Shown in pieces: positions 35,848 to 47,200 of a stretch of DNA of 64,000 nucleotides. Source of the stretch: Protoeuglena noctilucae (Eukaryota); contig OY253673.1 of the NCBI GenBank assembly GCA_958009085.1, positions 930,001-994,000 of the forward strand, written 5' to 3'. A model generated the notes under the pieces. The model was not told the origin of the DNA. It did no database searches and saw only the letters and a program-made list of their open reading frames with translations. Numbering within the stretch: the first letter of the stretch is position 1; each line of letters begins with the position of its first letter. A program made the translations under genes and the position numbers.

Positions 35848-37088
35848 CTACAGGTTGGCCGCGACGTGCTTGCCCTGCCACGCCGTGTCTGCTACCACGA
35901 TGTCGTGGTTCCAGGGGCTCCCCGAGATCCTGTACACGGTGAACTTGTTGAGCGCCCCGACTCTCCGCACCGTGCTCGGCGCCGCCCTCGAGTTGGGCAG
36001 AAAGGCGACCATGCCTGCGATACCCACGGCGTAGCCGCCCACGACCTTGTTGAGCACCCTCCCGTCCACTTGGAGGCCCAGGTGGTGCGCGATCTTGAGC
36101 TCCTGCGTCGGACGGTCAAGTTGGCATTGGTAAACTCCGAGTTGGGACGTCCCGGCTCCCGAAACGCTTTAGACACCAAGCGCACCTCAAAGACCTTCCG
36201 ATACAGCAGGCGTATGTCCCTGTGCGGCATATCCAGCCAGGGGCTCTTGAAGGGACTGGTGGGAGAATGCACCATGAGCTCTACGACATCGCCCTTCACG
36301 GGGTGGTAGGGCGTCCTGGGGGTGGGGCCGGGACGGTGTGGTGCGTCATCGTTGCGCTGAGCCGCCCCAATTCACCGTTCCGAAGCGCGGTCGCGAGAGA
36401 AAGCTCGTGCACCTGCGCGGGGCGCTGCGGCCCGCCGTCGTCGTCGTGAAGAGCGTGCTAATGGAGACGTCCGCACGGTTGACGGTCGTCTTGACGCGGT
36501 GGCCCGTCTCAATCGTGACGGCGTCGCCCTCCGCGTCCTCCACTGCGCCGATGACCCGCATGCCCTGCAAAGCAACCACAGCAGCGATTGGACCGGACAT
36601 GAGGCAAGCATCGGCTTGGGCTTCAGGCGTCTTTCCCCACAAAAAATCCGCTTCGACTCACGGGTAGGAGCGGGACGGTGTGGTTGCTCCTGCGCACCAG
36701 ATCTATCTGCTTGTCCGTGAGCATCTTGGAAGGCAAACGAGCGAGCATGGCTGGGTCGGTCAGGTCCCGAATGCGCGACGGGTCGTCCTGCAGCCGCGGA
36801 TGGCCGATGAATGTTGCACGGAAGGCCTTGCTAGTGTTGCGATGCGGAACAGGATCTGGGAATGTCGGGGAGCGCGCGCACCTGGACCTCGGGCGGCAGG
36901 CTCGCGACGATCCGACGGTAGTCGGCGCGGGTGATGGCCCCGCGCCACTGCACGAGGGGCGCGATGGCAGAGCTGGTCCACGGCAATGAACGCCACGAAA
37001 CGGCATCCACGATTTCAGAGCTCGACGGCGGCCCGCATGCGGCCCGCGCCGTGAGCGCGAGGGAAAGAAGTGGCCGCCGGGAGGCCAT
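35848..37088 (-). CDS. Mitochondrial ribosomal protein S1-like (nucleus-encoded)
   Basis: KVFE|ELKIAHHLGLQVDGRVLNKVVGGYAVGIAGMVAFLP resembles the plant/algal mitochondrial Rps1 motif (G.ILN.VKGGYAV.IAG.VAFLP); upstream S1-like segment VTIETGHRVKTTV; Arg/Ser-rich presequence MASRRPLLSLALTARA. Confidence 0.7.
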
Positions 37089-37537
37089 GGCGCGTGGGCG
37101 CGCGCTCTGATCGCAGCCGACGCACAGAGCTCGAGCTTTTAGAACGGAGGCGTGCTCCAATCGATGTCGCGGCGCAGACGCAGCGGGCAGCCACGCGCGC
37201 CTCTCTTGTTGACCTCCAGGCGAGAAAACGCTTTGTTGGGATTGCAGCGAGTGCCTGGCTGAAAAAGGCACGTGCACTGGGGCGACCGCCCCACGCCGCC
37301 GGCGCGTTTAGGTGCCCCGGCTGCTGGCGCGCCAGAAGCCCTTCTGACGCTCCAACCCACACGCCGTTTGTGCGAAACGGCAGCTCCATTTCGGCAGCAC
37401 GGCGTCCTCATACATCTGCAGGGGCGGTTGCTCGTTTTCCCCGCGCCGTGCTGGCCGCAGCGTTCAAATGGGCGCGTTGACAGCTCGTAGCTGCGCATGA
37501 TGCGCATTCTCAGCGCCGCGATAGACGGACCACCAGA

Positions 37538-40302
37538 ATGCCGTGGTTTTGCGGCATCTGCTTTGGTGAGGCGGACTTTCGCTGCCGGATGACAACCAAC
37601 GGGGGCCTTCCCCGCTGGAAGCTTGGAACCCCACCGTGCCGCGCAGAAACGATCGCTGCACTGAAGGCGCGGGCGGAGAATCCCAACAACGTGTTTCGCC
37701 AAGCTCTCCCGTGCGGCCACACCTTCTGCAGCACGTGCGTGCGCAGGTTCTCTCGCTCCAAACAAAAAGAGCGCTGCTCATCGTGCCCGTCGTGCCGAAG
37801 CCCCTATGCCTCCACTAGTGCTGAGGATGCCCTTTCCAAGGGCTGGCTGTGGTGTCCCATCCGGCTCTTCGGCTATGAGGTGAGCGCCGCGAGCGCCGGG
37901 TATGCGACGGCCACCACGGCAGGCTCGGGCAGTCACGTGCCTCGGCGTCTGCTTGCAGGAAGACGAGCGCGGTACGCTCGGGGAGACGCAGGGCGGATCG
38001 CAGGCTACAAGGGGTGCGAACCAGGAAAGCCTGTGCGATTCTCTCAGGGAGCGTCTTAGGCAGCTGAGGTGAGGCGCAGGACAAGTGCAAGTAGGGTGCT
38101 GTCGTTGTGGGTGTGCGTGCACCCCGGAGCCCTGCCGCTCCCGCAGCCTTGAGGCGGAGACGCGGCAGGACGAGCTGGAGCAGGCCCAGGCCCTTGCAAA
38201 GGAGAAGAGCGAAGAGGCGGCGGCACAGACCATTGCGCTGGAGGTGGCACAGCGGAGGGGCAAAGATCTGCAACTCCAGCTGCTCTCAGCGAAGGACCAG
38301 GTGAGCTGCGCGGGCAGGGGATGCTGTGGCGGCCTGCCAGGGTGAGCTAGGTGCACGAGCTGCAAGGCATTTGAATGCCCCCCGATCTCAGATCACGTCC
38401 CTTCTGGAGGGTGGGGTGGAGCGGGCGCAGCGCGTGGCTGCGTTGGAGGAGGCGCTGCGTCGTGAAAAGGACTTGCGCGCGGCGGACCAGCGCCAGCAGA
38501 GCATGGAGTCGCGGGCGCTGCAGGCGGGGCTGCGGGAGGTGGATGCCGAGCGGGAGCGCCTCCGCCGCATCGGCGAGACGCTCTACGACAAGCTGCACGA
38601 GGCCAGGCTGCTGCTGGAGGCCGTGCCCGAGGAGGAGGTCCGGAGGGTCGAGTTGCGCTTCCGCTACGGACGGCGCTCGATGGCTCGGGTGCTGGCCGAG
38701 CAGGGGCGGCAGCTGGCGGCCCTACGACGGGAGCGTGCCGCGTGGGACGCTGCCCGGGACTACCTTCGCCGCCAGGGAGCCACGGACGTGCTGCGGGACA
38801 TCGAGGTGGCTGCCACGCGCAGCACTGCCGTGCCTAGTGCCCAGGACCAGGCCTGGGGGATCTGCGAGGGCGCCCGATACCAGCGAGTATGGAACGGCGG
38901 GCGTGACATCAACCTCTTCTTGCTTCGCAGAGACTCATCGATGCAAGCTCGGCGGCTGCTGGCACGGATGGGTCGTCGGCGAGGGACAGTGGCCTGGGAG
39001 TCAAGCCGAGTAAGCGGGAGCGAGGCGCGGGTGCCGTGGCGGCGAGCTGCGAGGAGGCACCTGGCAAGCGCCCCAGGTATGCATGCGCCGCGGAGGCAGG
39101 GTGGCAATCCGATATCGCTGCGGCTCACTCCGCGAGCGCCGCCCCGCCCCAGGGCCCCCGACGCGGACGACGACGTGGTACTGGTGGTGCCGGCCCTCCT
39201 GCCAGCCGAGCCGCAGCGGGGGAGAGAGTGTGCCGAGATGTCACCCAGCAATCTGACGGAGGCCGTGCTCCGCCGGAGATTCTGCGGGCACAATGGCCCG
39301 GGGATGGAAGGGGAGGCAGGGTGCGTCTCCATGCAGCAGAGGGGGGCGTGTTCGGGGAGGGAGGAAAAGGGCCTCGTCCCCCGGAAGCCTGGCGCCACCG
39401 ACTGGGTGGGCGTGGTGGCCGGGGACTTGCTTGAGGCCATGGGGGCCCTGGACGGCGACGGGGACGGCGCGGGACTGCCGCACTCTGCCAGCGAGGAGGC
39501 TTCCCCAAGACGCTCGGCAGAGGACGAGGGTGCTGCCATGCAGTCGCAGATGCAGGCACTGGGGCAGGGGCCAGACGTGGACGAGCTCGAGGTCGACGCC
39601 GTGAGTGAAGGCAGCCCGGGTGACCGAGACGCCCTCGGCTGGCCTCGCGACGCCGCGTGGGGTCGTAGGGAAACCAGCGTGGGTGGCAGCCGGCACGCCC
39701 CCGTGCACCCTGTTGTGCACGGCGCAGACGTCCAGGAGCTCGACGCAGACGGCACGCAGGCCCTGCTGCCTCCGCAACAGCTGCCAGCTTATCATCGCGC
39801 CGCGTCCGGGTCCCGCATCTCGACGCTCGACCCGGCCCTGCCCGCGACCAGGGCCACGCCTGCGCTCGGCCTCACGTCCGCTGCGGGCCCGGCGAGCGGG
39901 GCGGGTGTGGTTCTGGGCACTCTCCAGCTTGCAAGCGCAGCAGGCGGGTTCGAGTCCAATGAGCGCGCTGGCCACGCTGAAGAGGAGACCGTCATCGACG
40001 ACGGGGCCCGGGGTGGCGATGGGGAGGCCGAGGAGTCGCACCAGGGATGGGACGTCGAAGACATCCCCAATCCGTCCTTCTCCCAGTGCGACTGGGCTCT
40101 CGATGGCGTGGTCTGTCTGAGCCAGGGTGGCACGGCGCATGGTTTAGAGAGCGAGCAGGGCACTGGGTGGGCGCCCAGCCTCGCCACCTTGTCCGAAGCT
40201 GGCGAGGGGTTCATGGCGACAAGTGCGTCGACCAACCGGGGTGCCGGGGACCCTGCTAGAGACGGTGGCGGGCCAGCGACCTCGGTCTCGATGCGCAGGT
40301 GA
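37538..40302 (+). CDS. C3HC4 RING finger + coiled-coil protein (TRAIP-like architecture) with long disordered tail
   Basis: MPWFCGICF|ETIAAL...QALPCGHTFCSTCVRR...SCPSCRSPY, followed by coiled-coil exons (LEEALRREKDLR). Confidence 0.7.
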
Positions 40303-40770
40303 GCGACTTTCGAGTGCTTATGAGGCATGTTCCTGGTCAAGCATGTGAATCGCTATCGCAACACACGTGTCGGGGTCTGCAGGCTGGCTTCTGCGCCAGT
40401 GGACGCGTCTGCCAGGGAAGTCGATGCAGGGGAGCCGATTGTTGTTTTGGGACAGGTCACCAACACGGCCCATGGTCGGCGACAGGCGAAAAGAGCTGGC
40501 AGAGGTGAGGTGGCTTCCTGACTTGGCAGGTGACTGCCCGCAAGCATGGTGCACACTCTGCCCCCGCCGTGCCCGCAGCCACGCCTGCAGCCACGCCTCC
40601 GGTCTGGGGCTCGGAGCGCACCAGACATGGGACGAGGAACATTTCAAGCTTTTTCGTCCCTAAATGAAAGCACAATGATTCAACATTTGTCTCCCAAGTC
40701 CATGAGTAGTAGGCGCACGCTGCGCCCCGATGTGCACAGTGAAATCAGCAGGGTCACGGGCCGCCGCATG

Positions 40771-41673
40771 TCACTGGTCGATCACCATGCCGCGCAGCAC
40801 CGGGGGTCGTTTGAGGACCGTGTGTCGCGCCACCGTGGGGAAGAGTGCTCGGGGCCCCGTGGCGCGGAAGTTCCAATAGTGCTTCTCGTTCTGGTGCCCA
40901 AAGCTGTCCTGGCGGTCCACGGCGCCCTTGGGCTCCACCGCGACGCGCTTCTTGCCCAGGAAGAGCTGCGGGGAAGCGCCCTCGATGTCCCGCGTGGCCA
41001 GCGGAAGGTAGACCTCGGGCGGGGCCCGGAAGCTCCCATGGAAGGGCCGGGGCCTGGCCCCAGGGAGGTCGCTGATGTCCAGCGTGGCACGGGCAATGGG
41101 CCGCGAGAGGTCCACGCGGGTGCTGGGTGCCGTGCCGTCGACGAACTCGTGCACATCCAGCTTGTCGTACTGCAGTAAGACAAAGCGATGGCAGAAAAAT
41201 GCTCCTGACGACCATGCGCGCCGCACCCTGCCCGGGCGTCCCCCGTCTTATCAAACGCGAACGCGTTGGTTGCGCCTCACCGCACGGCGGAAGCCGGCCC
41301 ACTTGGACTTGTACGCCTTGTAGTTGTAAGATGCCAGCCTATAATCGGGGCTGAGCGGGTTCCGTGCCACGCCCGCCGACGCAGACTTGCCTAGGAAGGT
41401 CCGGGGGGCGGCTCCATCAATATCAAAGGCTCTGCGACGCGGGCGAGCATACGTATCCACGCAACCGTACAAGCGCCGGCGCAGTAGGCGACAGGTGACT
41501 CCACACGCCTTCTTTGCCCCCACCTTAAGGTCGAGGGCAGTTGTTCGGGCGGGAAAAGCTCCGGCGACGGTCGGCGCGTTTGCCCCGCTGTCCACACATC
41601 CGCTCTCAGAACGGGCTTGTACGTCAGCGCGAGTGCTGTAGGCGCGCCTCGCATGGTGCACCTGTGGGGGCAT
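40771..41673 (-). CDS. Hypothetical repeat protein with DIxGAxP / NPLxPxY motifs (ciliary-protein-like)
   Basis: FDIDGAAP, FVDGTAP, ISDLPGARP, TRDIEGASP and RNPLSPDY in spliced exons. Confidence 0.5.
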
Positions 41674-42456
41674 GCGTGCCGTTTTGCGGGAGCAAAAGCC
41701 TTTTATTCGGCAGGCGGTGAGAGTCACGCGAAACGATGTCAAAGCCGAAACAAGATAATCCGCCGGAAAACGCCCTCGGCCCTCCGATACGCGCAGCCAG
41801 CCTGCCCCCGCCGGACAGCTAGACGGCTCCGGCGTTTGGGCACTTAGCGCGCTACGACGCGAGCGCACCAGGCGCGCTTGACTGGTTGGCGCACCGTACA
41901 GGAGCGCACGCTAGGCACGTCCCGCGGTGGTGTGGGTGCGCCGCGGGCACCTGTGGTAGTCATGGGACGCGAGGCCGGCGGGGGGCAGCGCCGCCGGGTC
42001 CACCCGCGGCTGATGTGACATCGCCCGTCGGCTCGCGCTAGAGGGAATGGCCGGGATCCTCTTGAGCCACCATCTGCCACAACAAACGGGCCTGCGCTGG
42101 AAGCCACGCAGTCGCCGAGGAGACGCCGTGGGTCTATACAGTGAGCAGGAGTGCTGAGGTACAGCGCAAGCCCCCGCCCTAGAGTGATAAGAACCAAGTT
42201 GCCCTGCCAGTCAGCCTGCGGCACACTGTTGCCGCCCTGAACCGCAGCTGATGCCGTGATCGGGTCCAGAAGGTGCATCTGCGCAGGTTTGGTAAGGCCT
42301 AGTGTGCGTGGACCCAGAGCATCAAGGAGCTTTTTCACGCTAGAGCGTCGTTCCCGCTGCGAGCACTTGACGGATCAAGCCGCGCGGACGACGTCCAGGG
42401 ATGATGTGGCATGAGGGCGAGATCCGTTAGGTGACGCGGAAGGGAGTGGGGGGCGC

Positions 42457-44069
42457 ATGGGTCGTGACTGCTTGAGCTCTGCGGGCAGAATTTGCAGCAT
42501 GCAGCAGGCCCTGGCAGCCCGTTCTCCTCACGGCACCACGGCCGTCTTTCTTTGCAGAGCCTGCGCCAGCGCGGCTGCTGGCTTGCTGCTGCTTGCCGTC
42601 TTTCTGGGGTGCCATTGGGTCACGGCGGAACAGGGTGAGGAGGCGCAAGCGCTCTACCTTGCACTCACGCGATCACACATGCATGTAGCTCTTGCTCTCA
42701 CAGCTGGCTGATTGGAGAATCGGCGCTTGGTTTGGCAGCGCCCTTTGGCACAGGATCGCCCAGCGGCGTGAGTCAGGGCCCCGCTCTTGCAAGTGCTGAG
42801 CCCATCCCGCGAGTCACGGAGGACGCCTCCCGTGCGGGGCGCGTCGGCGGGATGCGGGGCGCCGGCAATCTGGATCGTGGGACGACCGACGTGAGGGCGC
42901 GATGCGTTCCCGCGATGGCACCGCCGTTTCCGTGCTCCAAGTCGCGATTGGGTGTTCGGACACTCGTGGTTGCGGTGGGGACCGATGACTTGACAGGTGG
43001 TATCACGGTGTCCCATGCTGGACACGCAACGCCCCCTCTGCGCCTGCCCACAGCATAACAGCATGGGGTCCTCTTTCCTGCACGCCCTGGCCATGATTCT
43101 CGTGTCCGAGGCAGGCGATGAGACGTTCATCATCGCAGCCGTGCTTGCCATGCGCAACCCGAAGGCGGGTCCGTCGCGGCGCTGCTCTGGGAAGGACACG
43201 AACGCAAAGCTGCCGTCACTTGCGGCCTGCAACATGCGATCGCTGGCATCGCCGAGAGAATCGAACATGTTCGTTGGTGTTGCCTCCGCCGCAGAGCCTC
43301 GTGTTCGCTGGTGCCCTGGGCGCCCTCATCCTCATGACCATCATCTCCACCGCCATGGGCGTCATCGTCCCCACCCTCGTGTCGCCGAGCCTCACCAAGC
43401 GCGCCGCCACCGTCCTCTACCTCATCTTCGCGGGACGTCTCTTCTGGATCGCCTACCACTCCAAGAACACCGTCGAGGAGGAGATACAGGAGGTAAGGGC
43501 AGTGCAGGGATACAGGAGGTGAGGGCAGTGTAGGTGCTGCGTCTCCTGAGCGAGGACGCACGTCCTGCTTCATGGGCCTTTCGCCACGGACTCCGCAGAC
43601 GGAGGAGAGACTCGCCAGCGACGCACCCGTGGAGGGGTACGGGGCCCGTGCCGCGGCGCTCCTCTCGCGCGTCTTCCAGCCCATCGTGGGGGAGTCGCTG
43701 GTGCTGACCTTCCTAGCCGAGTGGGGCGACCGCTCCCAGATCGCCACCATCACCATGGCTGCGGAGAGGGACCCCGTCATGGTCACGCTCAGGGCCATCC
43801 TCGGTCACGCCATCTGGTGAGGGGCCGGGTTATGCCAGGCCCGGCGCGTCCCGCGTGTGTACTCAGCAGGCACGGTCTCAGCGACCAACCCGCAACTTTC
43901 ACGCAGCACGGGGGCAGCTGTCATCGGCGGGGAGCTTTTGGCAAAGAAGATCAGCCAGCGCACCGTGGCAGTGGCGGGCGGGTGTCTCTTCCTACTCTTC
44001 GCGGTCTTCAACCTCACGTCGCCGCTGCCAGCGCTAGCCCCCGCACAGCAATGTCCTGGGACAGACTGA
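42457..44069 (+). CDS. GDT1: GDT1/TMEM165 (UPF0016) Mn2+/Ca2+ transporter with signal peptide
   Basis: Two UPF0016 motifs: ILVSEAGDETFIIAAVLAMRNPK and LTFLAEWGDRSQIATI; GHAIC-like segment and AVIGGELLAKKISQRTV. Confidence 0.9.
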
Positions 44070-44269
44070 TTACCTAGTCATGCATTTCAACGCGATGGAC
44101 CGCGACGTGCCTTCTTGTAGGCGGGGCCCTCGCTGCAGCTGCGAAAACCTTGGAAAAAGCTCAACTACCGCGAGGATCACTCGATCGGCGGCGGACTCCA
44201 GGCGCGGGCTGCGTGCCCGGCCGCGGCACGTGGCTCCGCCCTCTCTCCTCCTGCCCTCCCTCCCGGGCG

Positions 44270-47200
44270 TCATGCCAGGAGGTGGCCCACGAGGAACGCG
44301 CCACGGGCTGCGGCCACGGCCCCGTTCAGCGCGAGGGCGGAGACCGCCAGCATCGCAAAGAGCGGCGTGCGGAAGGCGTCCATGTGGGCCAGAGCCCCCC
44401 GCCCAATCCACGCGTGGGGGACGAGGACCATGGCGACGATGGAGAGGAGCTCGCATGCTGCCAGGGCGCGCTTGGGCGAAGGCCCGCGGCGGAGCTGCAG
44501 GAGTCGTCCCAGCGCGGGGGCCACCGAGGCGCCCTCCGCCACCTGCGCGTGCCACAGCGTTGCCAGGCATGAGCGCGATGGGACACTGCACCCTGCGCCA
44601 CGCTACCAGCCTGGTGGCATGCCTCTGCCGCCTCACCAGGGACGTCGCGAGCATGGCCGTGTGGTCCAGCGAGTATGCGGCTGCAGTGAAGAGCGACAGG
44701 AGGGCTGCGCGGAGGACGATGACGGGCACGCGGCGGGACAGGATGGGGCGCTGGACCTGCGTGGGCAGAAGCCACGACCGGGCGGATGAGAGAAGAGCTA
44801 ATATGGGATGCAAGAGGATGTCGGGAGGCCGGCCACCCACTCACTTCGAACCAGAGCTTGGACGCCATGTGCCCCGCGGCAATGCACACGAGCACCGAGG
44901 GGAAGAGCCCCGAGGCATAGCGGGGGTCCTGCATTGCGGGAGCATGGTGGGCGAGGAACAGCCCCGCGGCCACCGTCATGGCCACGGCGTAAAGGACCTG
45001 CAGGACATCGCCCGCCATGCGCGAACGCTCCGGCTGCGGGGAGAGGGGTGCCGAGGCCTTCAGCATGGTCGGAATCGGTGCACGGCGTCAGCACTCGCCG
45101 GAGACATCTAGGCGTCTCACCCGGGACATGAGCTTGGCCGAGGCGGGCGAGAGGCCCGCGTGGGTGCGCGCGATGCCCATCAGCAGAGCCACGAAGCCGG
45201 CACTGCTCGCGGGCACCAGGGCCATGACAGGCGCCCGACCTGCGGCAATCCCTGCGAGGAAGAACCATGCGGAGGCCAGGGCCTGCGTCCACACGTCCTG
45301 GACGATGGCGCCCGAGGCATAGATGTTGAGCGAGGCGTCGTCGAGGGGCTGGGTCTGCGAGGGAGCGGCGGGCCACGCTGCTTGCAGTGCCAGCCTCGCG
45401 CGCCGCCCCAGCATACCCTCGGAGTCGTCAGTGCGAGATGTCAAACTGGCATGCAATCGTGCAGATACCCAAGCAGTGCTCTCGTCGTCCCACGAATCCC
45501 ATCCCCACCCCACCTGGCCGTCACGCATGGCCACGGCGCTGTCCTTGGCCCACACAACGTGGTAGTCGTGGATGTAGCGTGCATCGAAGGCGGCCTCGCA
45601 GTACGCAAAGTAGAACTGGTACTTGCGCCAGAACCTCTCTGAGTAGCCCAGGCGGAGCACGTGGTCCCTGGAGAGGGAGGGCAGCGGGGGTTGGGGACAA
45701 AGTCTTGAGCAGAGAACGACGCGGCGGGACCCTGTGCCGTCCCAGGGTGCCGGCGATGCAGCTGCCGGCCAACGCCTCACTTCTGCTCTTCCCACCGCCT
45801 GCGCCACTCCCGGAGGGTGACGGCATAGTGCGGCCCGATGTCCTCCACGTCCACGAGGGCGAGGCCGGTGCCTTGGGCGGCCTGGACCATGGCCCCGATG
45901 GACGGGAGGTGCCCCCCCGGGAAGATGTGCTCGCGGATGAAGTCGGACGAGCGGCAGTACTCGTCGTACCGCTCGTCCGGCATGGTGATGGCCTGGATGC
46001 ACGCCCGGCCCCCGGACCGCAGCATCTTCCCGATGGTCTGGAAGTAGCTCTCCAGGTACTCGTGGCCCACCGCCTCGATCATCTCGCAGGACACCACGCG
46101 GTCGTACGTCCCCGCCCCCGGGCACTGGCGGTAGTCGCAGAAGAGCAGCGTGATGCGGTCGCGCAGCCCCGCCTCCTCCACGCGCCGGTTGGCCTCCTCG
46201 AGCTGCTCCTTGGAGAGGGTGAGGCCGACCACCGTGCACCCCGTCGTCTGCACCGCGCGGATGGCGAAGGCGCCCCAGCCGCACCCAATCTCCAGCACAC
46301 GGTCGTCCTTGACGATCCCCGCCCGGGAGATGAGAGCGTCGATCTTGGCAATCTGGGCGTCACGAAGGCTCCGCCCGGGGGCGTGGATGCCGCACGAGTA
46401 GGTCATGGTCTCGTCCAGGAAGGCCTTGTACATGTCGTTGCCGGCGTCGTAGTGTTCCTCGATGTTCTTCCGCGAGTTCTCCACTGCGGGGACGGGGGTG
46501 GCCGGCAAACGTGACCCAGGGAGCCACGGCGCAGACCGTGCTGCGACCACGCTGCCTCCCCTGCCACTTGGCGTTCCCCCGCGCGTGCGCACCCGAGTTG
46601 TGGCGCTTCATGTGCGTGAGCAAGAGGAGCTTGTCACCGACCCAGTTGAGGAGGCCCAGGCTGCCGCGCGACTGCTCGGCGTCCCGCGCGTTGGCCACCA
46701 GCACTGCCATCAGGGCTCCCGGGTCCTTGCACACTGCACGGCGCGGGGCGGGCGAGGCAGTTACGGCAGGGCGTGTGCAAGCGGATGCGTCATAGAGGGA
46801 AAAGCCGCATGACAGGGTGAGGCCGCGGCCCACCGATGCTGCCGTCCATCCACGCCTCGCCCAGGCCCGTGTCATGCTTCGTGATGACCTTCCACATCCC
46901 CGACGCGTTGATGACACGGAGGGTGCAGTCGGGCAAGGGTCGACCCCACCACTCGTTCTCCTTGTCCGGGAAGTCCGCGGCGGACAGCCCGGGCCCGTAC
47001 GTGCGCTGCCGGCCGTCCGGGAGAACCAGCCTGCAGGGCGCGGTGCGAGGGGATCGCATGCAAGGCGTCGCGCCCGCCGTCAGACGACGTCAGCACACGC
47101 ACTTCCAGCGCCGCACCGCAGCTGGCCGCGCTTGATCGTCCGCTTCAGGAAGACGTCGACGGTGTTCAAAGCCAGGCGGTCCCACGCCCTGATCTTGGGG

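Noticed and set aside
41844..42338. 164-aa minus-strand ORF between the repeat-motif gene and GDT1
   Set aside because: Non-ATG start, no motif and no supporting splice structure; likely intergenic or UTR.
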